From Raja brachyura (Eukaryota): 64,000 nt of DNA. The notes beneath the pieces are model-generated. The model was not told the origin of the DNA and searched no databases. It was given only the letters and a program-made list of their open reading frames with translations. Shown here one piece after another: positions 49,817-63,339 of this stretch. The stretch is taken from positions 11,718,001 to 11,782,000 of the forward strand of contig OY740812.1 of the NCBI GenBank assembly GCA_963514005.1, written 5' to 3'. The translations under genes and the position numbers were made by a program. Positions within the stretch are counted from its first letter, which is position 1, and each line of letters begins with the position of its first letter.

Positions 49817-52314
49817 GTTGGATCTCCTGGTTGCTAACCATTTTAACTCTCCTTCCCTCTCATATACCGACCAATCTGTCTTTGGCCTCCTCCATTGGCA
49901 GGCTATTTGTGAATTTGACATGTTGGGTCTATTTACCACATATTTGAATTTTAATTTGCGAATTAACAAGGCAAGTTCACAATTGGGCGTTGATCTAAAT
50001 TGTGTAGAGTGTTGTCACAGATTGAGTGATCTAGAATATAAGAATCTAAAATATGTTGTGTGCCAGAAACGCCTTTCTATACCGAGCACAAGTCATGGAA
50101 TGTGGAAGAGGTAAATAGTGGATGGTGATTTGTATTCTTTGCCTCCAGATACAAAATCAAATGTGGAAATTATGTTGAACTTTATGAAATCCATATCCCA
50201 CTGGTTAAGATGTTGTATGTAATTTTGATTGTATTAAGAAACGGAAAGATGTGACAAAGTTGAACTGAGAAAGAAAGCTGACACACATTTTCGATGTTAA
50301 AAGTTTATGGTGCTGAAAATATTAAAATTACATCAATTGGCTGGTGAGATGGTAGCAAATCTAGGATGAATGCAAATCTAAACATTAGAAATAATTATTT
50401 GCCAGAGTGGTTAAAATAGTAGGAAATTAAAGGTAGATCATTTAATTCGAAGTAATTAAGTACCAAAATTAATTAGTTGCTGAAAGCAATGCAAAGATAG
50501 GAGAACTGAGCAGGATTAGCAAGAATACTTGTAGGAAACGGCCAAGTTGGACTTGGTGGACAGATGGGTTCTTTGTTGCAATATTTGAGATTCTAAAGGA
50601 TATAAATTTAAAAAAGACACTTGTGTTCAATATAATCAGCCCGTAAAATAAATAGATTCCGTTTAAAAGCGAGGTTATGCTCATTGTTTAGTTCTAATTA
50701 TTTATATCATTTGGAGGTATGTATTGGAAAGTGTGGATGGATATTGATGGGCGACAGACGGGTAAATATCTTGAGTAATAATATTGAAATTTTAAATAGG
50801 AAAAAAGTTGAAGTTAGAAATCCAGTTTGGGAATTCATTTATAATTCATTGGCTCAAAAATGATACGTTAATGAAGTTATCCACATTCATTAAATAAATG
50901 TACCATGTAGGAGAAAAGAAGATGCAAAATCATCTTGCCACTGCTTTTCCTATCTCTTTTCAGTGGAAGATTTTTTCCAAATCCTTGTACTCTTCAGTTA
51001 TGTTTATAGAATGGAAATAGGTAGGTTGCAAGTGTAGGGGCTACAAGTGAAAGGATAAGTAATTGTATGTTGAAGTGAATGTAAAATAATTACAATATAC
51101 GGTAACCATGGAGATAGCCACAAACTAGATCTTAAGGTGAGACAGAATAAATCTTTGCTATTATTTGATCCAAGGAGAAAACCAACATGGACAAATAAGG
51201 AGCTAAATGAAATCTTCCTATCCAAGACTATATGATTGAATAAAATGTACATCTCTGGCAGAGATCTGATTGTTTCCTGAGTGCTTAAATGCCCTACAGC
51301 TTTTTGGATTTTATCAACACATGAAATAAATCTACAGACTTTTCTGGCTTTATCTGAGATGTGAGCCGGTAGTAATGTCTTTTCATTCTCATGCATTTAT
51401 TATAGATCGAGATTTTTTTAATAATTCAAGTCTGTCTATTTTGCTTGATGTGGAAAATATTGGGGCAGAAACCTTCCTAAACAGAAGGATTGGGAACAGC
51501 ATGATGATTTAGCCTTATTTGCACACATTGTAATGGTTTATTTTGATGTGACATTATGTTTCACTTTGTTTAATTTTTGATTTCTGAATATTATTATAAA
51601 TGCATATTTTAAGACTTCAGGGCACTAATTCTCACCTGTATTTCTTAATCTATAATGTTATTTATTACAATATATATTTTGTTGTGTTATGTGAAAACAT
51701 TCTTAGATTGTACTCCTGTGTAATGTGTGCTGGGGCAATGTATTTATTTAATGTGGCTGCATTAAACTTTTGTTTATCGAGTAATTTTCATGTTCTGAAA
51801 TGTTTGATTGGTTATTAGTTCCTGTCAGGGTTGTCAATACATTGTGTACATTTGGAATGTCTGGGTTTCTAAAGTTGAGAGTTGTGCACCACTTTGTGAT
51901 CCTGTTATACTCCTTATGGAATTTAGCAGTCTTTCCTCTTTGCTGATCACCTCCGTTCATGTGGGCCGTGATGTCTGGCCCTCGCGAGTGCTGGTGATGG
52001 TTTCCTCCCTCACTCTTCCCGCCGTCAAAAAGCTTATTTTGCAATTATTCAAAGTCATGTCTGCATTTGCTGCAGCTTGCAATCTGTGCAATCACAAGCA
52101 CTTATCACTAATATAGCTAATAGAAATTAGTTTATAACTTGATTAAAGTGCTGGAATTAAATGTTCTCATAATTTTCTGCTTCCTTTGGAATTTACCATT
52201 CCCTTTTGGTTAAATTAAGATCTTCAATGATTTTCTTTATCTGATCATTTAAAAAAAGTGATGATAATATTAAGCTGTTAATCATTGGATTGGGGGTCCA
52301 TTCACATTGAATTT

Positions 52315-52395
52315 ATCACATTGAATGGCGGTGCAGGCTCGAAGGGCCGAATGGCCTACTCCTGCACCTATTTTCTATGTTTCTATGTTTCATGT
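52315..52395 (+). mobile_element. CR1 3' tail
   Basis: ATTGAATGGCGGTGCAGGCTCGAAGGGCCGAATGG...TCTATGTTTCTATG. Confidence 0.8.
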
Positions 52396-52520
52396 TTAAT
52401 ATGGTAAACCAAAATGTTAACTTTATAAAATTCTAGCTGTGGTAACTTATTTTCTTGTTTTAAATCAAAAACTAGATTGCCAACAGACAGATATTAGAAT
52501 ACTGCATGGATTTTTTACTG

Positions 52521-55029
52521 CAGGGCTCTCGATTTACTTTTTTCCCCTGTAGCCAGCTGGGCAACCTCGGCAGGTTTTTAGGTTGCCAAATGACAGTTTA
52601 GGTAGTTATTTAAGATGGCGTGCGATAATGTGTTCGGACGAAGTGCGTAGTTACCAGTTGGAATCGTGGTCAATGAAATATTCACATATTATTTCTGCTC
52701 CAAATAAAGTCACAAACTAAACATATTCACCAATCAAGACATGATCTATACCACAATGACATGCAGCAAAATTACAATGCAGTATCTCATCTCTTTTTAC
52801 ACGTTGCAATGAATGCAATTTCTATTATTTCTTTCCACTTCCAAATAAAAATCTGGTTGGATTATTCAGCGTATGATCAACCTCAGTGAGACCAAGTGCA
52901 GGCTTGCTGATCGCTTCGCACAACATCTCCACGCAATAACCAACCTGATCTCCCGGTGGCTCAGCACTTCAACTACCCCTCCCATTCCGAATCTGACCTT
53001 TCTGTCCTGGGCCGCCTCCATGGCTAGAATGAGGCCCATCGTAAATTGGAGAAGCAGCACCTCATATTTCACTTGGGCTGTTTACACCCCAGCGGTATGG
53101 ACATTGACCTCCAATTTCAGGTAGTCCCTGCTTTCTCCTCCGCTTCCCAGCTCTCCCTCAGCCCACTGTCTCCGCCTCTTCCTTTCTTCATCTCCTCCCC
53201 CGCCTCACATCAGTCTGAAAAAGGGTCTCGACCCGTCTCCTATTTCCTTTGCTCCATAGATGCTGCCTCACCCGCTGAGTTTTTCCAGCATTTTTGTCAA
53301 CCCATTTCACACAAGTTCTGTTATCCCACTTTCCTCACCCACTCCCTACACATTAGGGCAATTTTACAGAGACAGGTTAACCTACAAAGCCAATGCGTCT
53401 TGGGGTTGTGGGAGGAAACCCACATGCTTGCAGGGAGAATGTGCAAATTTAACACACACAGTGCTCGAGCACAGGATCAAATATACATCTCTGGCGTATG
53501 AGGCAGCAAGTCCACCAGCTGTGCCACATTTTTTATTTTTCAACACACAAAAAATGATACGTTGCTAAATTTGGTTACTAAAAAAAAAAATAAACTCTCC
53601 ATTTTCAGTCTTAAATCTCTCAGTGACGCTATGTCTCCCTTTACAGCTACTGTAGGTTTTAATTCAGTTCAAGACTATGCGGCAGTACATTGGCCATAAA
53701 GTTGCTGCCTAAAATTGCCAGAGACCCAGAATTGCTCCTGAATATGGGTGCTGTCCATATGGAGTTTGCTCCTTTTCCCTTTGATCGCATGGGTTTTCTC
53801 CGGGTATTCTTGTTTCCTTCCACATTCCAAAGGTGTGCAGGAGCCTTTTTCAGATCCAACCCAAAACGTAATATTTTCCTTTTGTCCAGAGATTCTCTCT
53901 GACCTGTTGAGTTACCCCAGCTTTTTGTGTCTATCTTCAGTTTAAACCAGCATCTACAGTTCCTTCCTACACACACGATACTATACTATATATTATACAC
54001 ACACATACACACACTAATATATGTGTGTCTGTGTGTATATATATATATACATACATACATACATACATACACACACACATGTAAGGATTTCATTGTTCTA
54101 ACTGGGACGTGAGAGAATAAAACACTTGACTCTTGACTTGCGTCGGTAATGTGTGGGATAGACCTAGTCTACGGGTGATCGGTGGTCGGCGTGGGCTGAA
54201 GGGCCTGTTTCCACGCTGTGTCGTTAAATTAAACTAAAACTAGTTACCCGACCAGACGCAACTAAATTTAAGGTAGCTCTTTTTTCCCCCAAGAACCCTT
54301 TTTTGCTTAAGTCCAAGTCAAGAGTCAAGAAAGTTTTATTGTCATGTGTCCCAGATAGGACAATGAAATTCCTGCTTGATGCAGCACAACAGAATATGTA
54401 AACATAATACAGAACAGGAGATAAAGGTTCAGCGTGTCTATATACCATAGACCATATATAGACACAATAAATAAACGGATAAAGTGCAAGAGGCTGTTTG
54501 GTGGTGGTGGGTCCATTACAGTTTAAGTTCCATTTGGAATATTTTAGGAGGACCAGGAAACCAAGAAGCAAGAGTTTCTCCAGGGAGTGAGTCGCGGTCG
54601 GATTTCAACGGGTGAGGCGGTGACCGAACAGCAATGGCGGCCAGATCTCTCACAATGCAAAGGGAGGGAGAAAGTGCCCGACGCCAACCAGTTGCCATGG
54701 CAATGCACATATGCAGGGCGGCACATGTGCACAACCATGGCCGATGATGTGCTGGCTGTGGTTGTGCGGATGTGCAGGCCGTGGAAGTGTGCAAGGCGGC
54801 CAGCTGTGCCGGCGGATGAGGTACCAGCGGAGAGCCGAGACCTGGATACGGATGGCGGGCAGAGACGGAGAGTGGCAGAGAGAGCGATAGAGAGAGGGGG
54901 CCCGCTCAGAATTAAGCGATAGGTGTCCCGGGTGCTTGCCAAGACGGGCAAAATGACATGAGTTTTAGGTTGCCCAGCGGGACGTTAGGTCGCCATTGGC
55001 ACCCGGGCAACCGCTAATTTCGAGCCCTG
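52521..55029 (+). mobile_element. Composite non-autonomous DNA transposon, copy 1 (5-bp TSD)
   Basis: TIR CAGGGCTC...GAGCCCTG; TSD TACTG (52516-52520, 55030-55034); sub-terminal GGCAAC/GTTGCC repeats; internal Penelope, SINE and LINE-tail pieces. Confidence 0.85.
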
Positions 55030-55351
55030 TACTGGCTGATGATTATTTGGTAAAATGTTTGAACAACATTCATGCTTGATATTTCCACTATGGTATGCAA
55101 TTTCAATATATGCTGGCAATATTAATACCATTAAATCACTCATGATTTTTAAATATAGCAACACAAAAATAATTTTGATTCTATGCAGCTGTTCATCGCA
55201 TTCACCAATTATTCAGAATATCCCTTGCTGGGTAACATATAAAATGCAGTCTTAAATTATGAAATATAATACTTAAATAACTTTTATGTTTTATTTCACA
55301 CAGTGGAATGGTAAACATGGGTTAAACAGCTACGATTAGCTTTATAATTCT

Positions 55352-56398
55352 CACCAGACCAGGTGCGGACCCGTTGTGTCAGTCTCCCAAAGCAGTATTC
55401 CACCACTGACCCATAGCCCCCAATTGTGCAGACGTGGCTGAGGGGTTCCCGTTGTGACGCCAGAGATCCCCGTTGTGACGCGAGTCACGGCAACCCTCCC
55501 CCAACTGCGCCTTGCTATCCCTCTTCCTATCCCTATGCACGCATGCACACAAGATGAGAGTTTTAGTAATATACTAAATTTACCATTGGGTTCCTCTCAC
55601 ACAGGAGGCCTGGTCCCCCAACGCAACCCATTCCCCAACGCAATATTCCAATATTTGACCACTCACCCGTAGCCGCCATGGGAGGCCTGGTTCCCCCAAC
55701 GAATATTCCACCACTCATCCATTTGCCCCAATGCAACCTGTTCCCCCAACGCTATTTTCCACCACTCAGCCATAACCCCCAACTGTGCAGGCCGGCTCAT
55801 TCACCTTATAAGCTCCTTCCCCTTATTCACTCTCCCTCATTGTTAACTTTAAAAAAAAAATGCAATTGCACTTGCTGAAGGACTTAGTGTATTGGGATAA
55901 CAACATTGTAGTGGGCAGAGCTAGAATCCCATTGTGATGTCATAGCTGGTAACTGCCAGCGCAGATTGGAAAAAATCTTTCTCGAAGTGGGGTTTTGTAA
56001 ACTTAATGTGATAACTTGTAAAATATAACATCAATCTGAACGAAACTTGAAAAAGGGAGCGGGAGGACAAGGGCACAGACAGAGGGCAGGGTAGAAGGCA
56101 TGGCTCTAACTGTAGACTCCAGCCGTCAGCTCAGCCGCCGCCTGGGCTCCAATGCAGGCCCCGACTTCATATCCGGGCTCGTCCATGACCCCGGACCCAG
56201 ACACGTCATTTGTATATCTGCATGTTGTATATTCGACATGGAAGTTAATTATTCATTGCACACCATCTCAGATCGGAAACATTCCCGTGTCTGGCTTATC
56301 AGTATTGTGTGGAAGATACTGCTGTAGATATTACTTCTGCAGTGGGAGCAGACAAAGCTCAGAGAATGGAATTATTAGTATTAATAATTTTGTATAGT
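55352..56398. repeat. Interspersed repeat with internal degenerate tandem units
   Basis: Unit CCCCAACGCAATATTCCACCACTCACCCATAGCCCCC recurs about four times between 55385 and 55792. Confidence 0.45.
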
Positions 56399-56399
56399 G

Positions 56400-57277
56400 T
56401 CATAGTCGTAGAGTGATATATTGTGGGAACAGGCCCTTCGACCCAACTTGCCCAAACCGGCCAACATGTCCCAGCTACACTAATCCCACCTGCCCGTGTT
56501 TGGTCCATATCCCACCAGACCTGTCCTATCCATGTACCTGTCTAGCTGTTTCTTAAACTTTGGGATTGTCTCTGCCTCAACTACCTCCTCTGGCATCATG
56601 TTCCACACACCCACCATCCTTTGTGTGAAAAGGTTACCCCACAGATTCCGATTAAATCTTGGGGAGGAAGGGAATCAAAAGGAGAAGCTAGTGTGTTTTG
56701 TAACTTTGTCAGTGCTGTAGGTGGCTGCTATTTGTAGACATTGGGTATGCAAGCAAAGAATTTCACTGTGCCTAGTCACGTGACAATAACGTTTTCCATT
56801 CTATTCCACTCCTAGTTCCCACTGCAACATTTCCCAGAGCCCTATCATTCACTGTGTAGGTCCTGCCTATGTTAGTCTTCCCAAAATGCAACACCTCACA
56901 TTTCTCTGTATTAAATTCTATCAACTATTCCTCAGCCCACCTGGCTAATCGATGAAGATCCTGCTGCAATTTTTCACAACCATCGTCGCTATCTGCAAAA
57001 CCGCCCACTTTTGTATCATCTGCAAACCTGCTAATCTTGCCATGTATGTTCTCATCCAAATGATTGCTATAGATGACAAGCAGTAACTGGCCCAACACCA
57101 AATCCTGAGGCACACCACTAGGCACAGATCTCCAGTCCGAGAAGTTAACTTCCACCATCACCCTCTGCTTCCTTCCATGAAGCCAATTTTCCATCCATTC
57201 AGCTAGCTATCTCTCCTTGGATCCCATGCAATCTAACATTCCAGAGCAGCCTACCATGCGGAACCTTGTTGAATGCT
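56400..57277 (-). mobile_element. CR1 RT fragment with 3' tail, internally deleted
   Basis: ORF 56925-57194: WLHGRKQRV...SGVPQ..VLG.LL...FADDTK...LQQDL.RL..WA. Confidence 0.85.
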
Positions 57278-58250
57278 TGCTAACGTTTTTTGTGTTTATT
57301 ACATATTTTTTTAGAGTAATTCTTACCGTAACTGAAATAATTTCATAACTTAGCACAGGCAAAGGCCACCTTTAGTTTATTGAGAAATAATGCTTTGTTT
57401 CTATTAAAATCCTGTTTGCCAACTTTTGTAAATTAAAATAAGTCTCTCATTAAGTTGTGTGCAGTGAATTTGAATATCCTAGTTTCTGAATACTAGAACA
57501 AGTGATCTGTATAAATGTATGTATCTTTGCAATGTAATGCAATATTTTTTAAAAGCAAAGGACAAACTGCATACTGTATGCTGAATATTTTATGTGTTTA
57601 CATGGATTATTGATGTACACTGTTGTTCTGCGGATAAGAATATTGTTTCCAATACTTTGGCTTAAGCATGCTGTCAGTGAAACTCATTAACTCTTACACC
57701 TTAATCTACACGTTTGTGGCTATGCACCATATCTGTAAACTGCGTTTTAATAAGCTATCAATGGATACATTGGAATGAAGCAGTTAACACTTATGCTTAG
57801 TTTTCATCACTTAACTCAATGTCATTGTAAGACTGAGTGTGAGAAGATTTAAGATGAACAGCTGTAACTGTGATAATACTTAATGTGATAGTAACAGTGC
57901 ATTAATGTTGAAAAGAGACGGTTATCGTCATTTAAATGCATAATGGAATGTAAAATGAAGATATTTTATTTCACATCATGAAAATACGTGGTTAACAACT
58001 ATAATTTCCATACAGTGTTTTTTGGATACTTGTGGAACACTAAATATTACAGTTTCTCAACAGTGAGAGCAACATTTGTTTTTCTAATGTGTATATTTAA
58101 AATTGAATTTAAATTGAAAACATCAATGATTTAGATGTAGGGCTTCAAGGTAACATTAGCAAATTTGCACATGACACAAAGCTGGGTGGCAGTGTGAACT
58201 GTGAGGAGGATGCTATGAGAATGCAGGGTGAGTTGGACAGGTTGGGTGAG

Positions 58251-60360
58251 CAGGGCTCGAAATTAGTGGTTGCCCAGATGCCAATCTTCGGGCAACCTAA
58301 CAGCCGTCACATTTTGNNNNNNNNNNNNNNNNNNNNNNNNNNNNNNNNNNNNNNNNNNNNNNNNNNNNNNNNNNNNNNNNNNNNNNNNNNNNNNNNNNNN
58401 NNNNNNNNNNNNNNNNNNNNNNNNNNNNNNNNNNNNNNNNNNNNNNNNNNNNNNNNNNNNNNNNNNNNNNNNNNNNNNNNNNNNNNNNNNNNNNNNNNNN
58501 NNNNNNNNNNNNNNNNNNNNNNNNNNNNNNNNNNNNNNNNNNNNNNNNNTCTTTACATTTCCTCTGGTTTTAGTGTGTTTAGTTTAATTTAAAGATACAG
58601 TGTGGAAACAGACCCCCCGAGTCCACGCCGACCACCGATTAACTGTACACTAGTTCTATCCCACACCTTAGCGACGTAAGTCAAGAGTTTTATTCTCTCA
58701 CGTCCCAGTTAGAACAATGAAATCCTTACTTGCAGCAGCACAACAGAGTATGTAAACATAGTACTATGTAAACAATGTTATAAAGAAGAAAACAAAACGG
58801 TGTATATTTATATATGACTATATAAGTATATAAATACATATATAGAAATTACCTCCTGGGATTAATAAGGTTGTATAGTATTGTGTGTGTTGGAAGGAAC
58901 TGCAGATGCTGGTTATGCTGAAGAGACACAAAAAGCTGGAGTAACTCAACAGGTCAGACAGAATCTCTGGACAAAAGGAAAATATTACGTTATGGGTTGG
59001 GTCTGAAAAAAGTTCCTGCACGACTTTGGAATGTGGAAGGAAACGAGCACCCGGAGAAAACCCATGCGATCAAAGGGGAAAGGAGCAAACTCCATACAGA
59101 CAGCACCCATATTCAGGATCAATTCCGGGTCTCTGGCAATTTTAGGCAGCAACCTTGTGGCCAATGTGCTGCCCCATAGTCTTGAACTGAATTAAAACAA
59201 ACAGTAGCTGTAAAGGGGGACACTGTGTCACTTAGAGATTTAAGACTGAAAATGGATAGTCTCTTTTTTCTAGTAACCAAAGTTATCAACATATTTTTTG
59301 TGTGTTGGAAAACAAAATATAGTGGCACAGCTGGTGGACTTGCTGCCTCACACACCAGAGATCTGTGTTCGATCCTGTCCTCGGGCACTGTCTGTGTTGA
59401 ATTTGCCCATTCTCCCTACCAGCATGTGTGTTTTTCCTCCCACATCCCATTGGCTTTGTAGGTTAACTTGTCTCTGTAAAATTGTCCCTAATGTGTAGCG
59501 AGTGGGTGAGGAAAGTGGGATAACAGAACTTGTGTGAATGGGTAGACAAAAATGCCGGAGAAACGCAGCGGGTGAGGCAGTATCTATGGATCGAAGGAAA
59601 TAGGCGACGTTTTGGGTCAAGACCCTTCTTCAAACTGATATCTGGGGGGGGGGGGAGGCGGGAACAGGAATGGAAGAGGTGGAGACAGTAGGCTGTGGGA
59701 GAGCTGGGAACGGGAGGGGAAGGAGGGAGAACGCAAGGACTTCCTGAAATTGGAGAAGCCAATGTTCATACTGCTGGGGTGAAATCTACCCAAGCGAAAT
59801 ATGAGGTGCCGTTCCTCCAATTTGCGGTGGGCCTCACTCTGGCCGTGGAAGAGGCCCAGGACAGAAAGGTCGGATTCGGAATTGGAGGGGGGTTGAAGTG
59901 CTGAGCCACCGGGAGATGAGGTTGGTTATTGTGAACTGAGTGTAGCTGTTGGGTGAAGCGATCGTCAAGCCTGCGCTTGGTCTCACCAAGGTTGATCATA
60001 CGCTGAATAATTCAACCACATTTTTGTTTGGAAGTGGAAAGAAATAATAGAAATTGCATTTATTGCAACGTGTAAAAAGAGATGAGATACTGTATTATAA
60101 TTTTGCTGCATGTCAGTGTCGTATATATCATGTCTTGATTGGTGAATATGTTTAGTTTGTGACTTATTTGAAGCAGAAATAATATGTCAATGCTTCATTG
60201 AGCATAATTCCGACTGTAACTACATACTTCATCCGAGCACATTATCGCACGCGACATGCAAACCATCTTAAATGACCACCTAAACAGTCATTTGGCAACC
60301 TAAAAAGCTGCCAAGGTTTTCCGGCTGGCAACAGGGAAAAAAAGTTAAGCGAGAGCCCTG
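58251..60360 (-). mobile_element. Composite non-autonomous DNA transposon, copy 2 (inverted, 5-bp TSD)
   Basis: Same TIRs; TSD GTGAG (58246-58250, 60361-60365); reverse-colinear with copy 1 including cargo. Confidence 0.85.
58317..58549. other. Assembly gap (233 N)
   Basis: Run of N. Confidence 1.
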
Positions 60361-63339
60361 GTGAGTGGGCAGATAGATGCATGGCAGATGCAGTTTAATG
60401 TGGATAAATGTGAGGTTATCCACTTTGGTAGCAAAAACAGGAAAGCAGATTACTATCTAAATGGTGTCAAGTTGGGGAAAAGGGGAAGTACAACAGGATC
60501 TGGGGGTCCTTGTTCATCAGTCAATGAAAGTAAGCATGCAAGTACAGCAGGCAGTGAAGAAAGCGAATGGCATGTTGGCCTTTATAACAAGAGGAGTTGA
60601 GTATAGGAGCAAAGAGGGCCTTCTGCGGTTGTACAGAGCCCTAGTGAGACCACACCTGGAGTATTGTGTGCAGTTTTGGTCCCCTAATTTGAGGAAGGAC
60701 ATTCTTGCTATTGAGGGAGTACAGCGTAGGTTTACAAGGGACCTTGGTCTCAAAATAAAGGTCCAGCCATTCAGGGTAGACATTCTTCAAGACAGCCATG
60801 ATTTTTTTTTTCAAATTCTCCAGCAGAAGATCTTGTTAAGTCATGAGTCTAACGGGGCTTAGTTGCTAAATATGTTTCAAGACTAAGGTTTATGTAATTT
60901 TGCATAACAATGGACCTAGATTGATGGGTTTTGTGCGGGGAAGGCTAGTGGAGGTAATAGATCAGCTATGATCTTATTGAATGACAGAGCAAACGAAGAA
61001 GGGTGGAATGGCATGCCTTGACTTCTATTTCATATGTTCGAGTGTCCATAATGCAGAGCGACAGAGGATGCGTACCTGGTGAGTGGTGCTTACACGGGTC
61101 CCTCCCACGTTACATGCTCCTGACCTATGGGAACCCTGCATATATTAATGAACATTTGGAACGCCAGTGGGATGGATGGGGGTAGATTTGCTGACTGCTG
61201 CAGGAGTGCTGATATTTGCGTGGCTTCCTTCCCCACATCTCCAAGCCACAACTTTCAGGGACTGAGCAGAGCTGAGAGCTCTGAGCAGCCTCCTTCGTTT
61301 ACTCGCTGTCACTGGCTGGCAGCCACTCTTCATGCTCCAGCACACTCTTCTGACTCAGCCATTTCTGCGATCTTCTCCCACGAACAGTTGTTAATTTCTG
61401 ACTTGCGAACAGTTTTTAGGAACAGATCGCTGTCATAACCTGGGAACTTTCTGTTGTTACATTGTTGCAAAATTATAGACTAAGAAAATATTAATGTATA
61501 GTAAGTGTTCGATATGAAAAATAGTCAGCTATGTTCCTAGTAGGTGAATGAATTATGGAGGGAAAGAGAATTCCTTCCATTGACTGTGTTGCGCCATGAG
61601 AAGGACAGCCATGTAATGTGAGTGCCTAATGACCTGAATCATTTTATTACTGAGTTAGCAGCTTGCGTTACTATGGCAGTGATTAATTCTGTGTTCTCTA
61701 AATTATTGAACAAAGTTAACATTGTGCTGTACAGTTCCTGTAAATAAATAGGACATTAGAAGATATTTTGCTCAAAACAATTGCTGGGAAAATAACAAAA
61801 GGGTCAATTCAGCAGACATATGGATTTTTCTATTTTGGGGTTGAATCATATATTTATTTTGAAATGGCATTGTATTAATCACCTGGATGACGTCTTCTGT
61901 TAAAGGCTCAGTACCTCTAGCAGCTCCATTGGAAATACAATCGCCAAAGTTTTAGGTGTTTAAATGTTTGAAGGTTAATTGGAGAATGCTCCAGATTTGT
62001 AAACTTGATGGCCTTGATTGGTAATGTAGATACGATTATTCCAATTATCATAAACCATTTATTTCTTACGTTAGACTTGACAGCACTGAGTAGTTTAACC
62101 CTCTGTGGCATCAATTTCAATTTGAAATTACTGATAATTAGAAACAATTAGTGCCGATGTTCACAAATATTCTATTTGAATTTGCTGTTTCACAGGAAGC
62201 TTGGATTATTTTAGATAGATTCAACATTTAATTTTTGATAAATTGCATTGCTATTTCATAAAAATTAAGTAGCAGTATCATGGTAATTCCCAAATGTGGG
62301 AAATGGGGAAAATAATAGCTTTGAAACTGTCAACTAAATAAACTGGATAGATTGTTTGCCGATGCAACATTTGTGGAGTACTTGGTAATTTCATCTTCCA
62401 TCTGCATTTTAGGCAGGGGTCTGCTTTTTCTCACTTTGTCCTTGAATATTATAAATAAAGCAGCTCTATTTGCAATGTCACGTGCCCTTACTTAATATAT
62501 AGCCAATCAAAATGAATTAGAGTATAGGTTAGGGTTAGATACAGCTTCTAAGAATCTGTTTCTTTTTTTATGTTCAGCAGAGGTCATTTTGTTAATTCCA
62601 GTTTTACAAGAAACTAATGTATGATTATTCACAATGCAGTTGCATTTAACTTATGAGATATGTAGAATTCTTATGCATAAAGCAGTATATATTTTACAAA
62701 TTTCAAACTTTTGTTTTGAGTAATATTTTTAATTGGATGACTCTTGCCATCATTTTCAGGACCACCAATCAATATATATTGGATCATAGGACAGTAGATC
62801 ATGCTGCATCAATTACACAATTTGAAAGTATAATGTTAAAAAGGACATTGTTGTAGTCTTCTGACATTTGGGAACTATGAGTATACGTTCTGGAGAGATG
62901 GCATATAAACAATTTACTTCAAATCTTTGCTATTTATAGTAGCTACAAAATAATTCTGATTTTTAAAATTATATATCCAGTGTAAACTAGAATATCATAA
63001 ATTTGAGAACCTTTGGTGTATTAAGTGAAAGTATGTCATGCAACTTTTATGAATATAATTGACTTTATGTGCTGGTCTCAAAGGATGATAGTTGCATAAC
63101 ATGTTTTTATTTATTATTATAACCCACCAGTTGACAACAGTGGTGAGTTATCCTAGCATAGCAATGGTATACTTGCATTAGCTGATGCACATGTGTGCAT
63201 ATTTGATAAGACGAGGATTCAGTTCATCTGAGATTTTACACAAATAAACCTAAATAGATGAAATACTACAGGAAGGCCAACCATGTGAAGTCAGGTGAAT
63301 AAGGTTAAGGAAGAGAACATTTTTGATATATGCATTAAT

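Larger units (their letters stand above)
58126..60740 (+). mobile_element. CR1 RT fragment split by transposon copy 2
   Basis: Left part KFAHDTKLGG...MQGELDRLGE (to 58250) continues at 60361 (WQMQFNVDKCEVIHFG...[15 protein letters not shown]). Confidence 0.85.

Noticed and set aside
54516-54951. GC-rich overlapping ORFs suggesting a second CpG island or gene
   Set aside because: Lies inside the TIR-bounded composite transposon; no domain motifs or promoter architecture.
55294-55320. Micro-exon candidate (TTTCACACAG|TGGAATG|GTAAAC)
   Set aside because: Seven-nt length shifts the frame, the donor is weak and there is no independent support.
13007-59637. CRISPR-like recurrence of a ~30-bp hairpin repeat
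   Set aside because: Copies are dispersed kilobases apart on both strands within retroelement remnants in eukaryotic DNA; no spacer array or cas genes.
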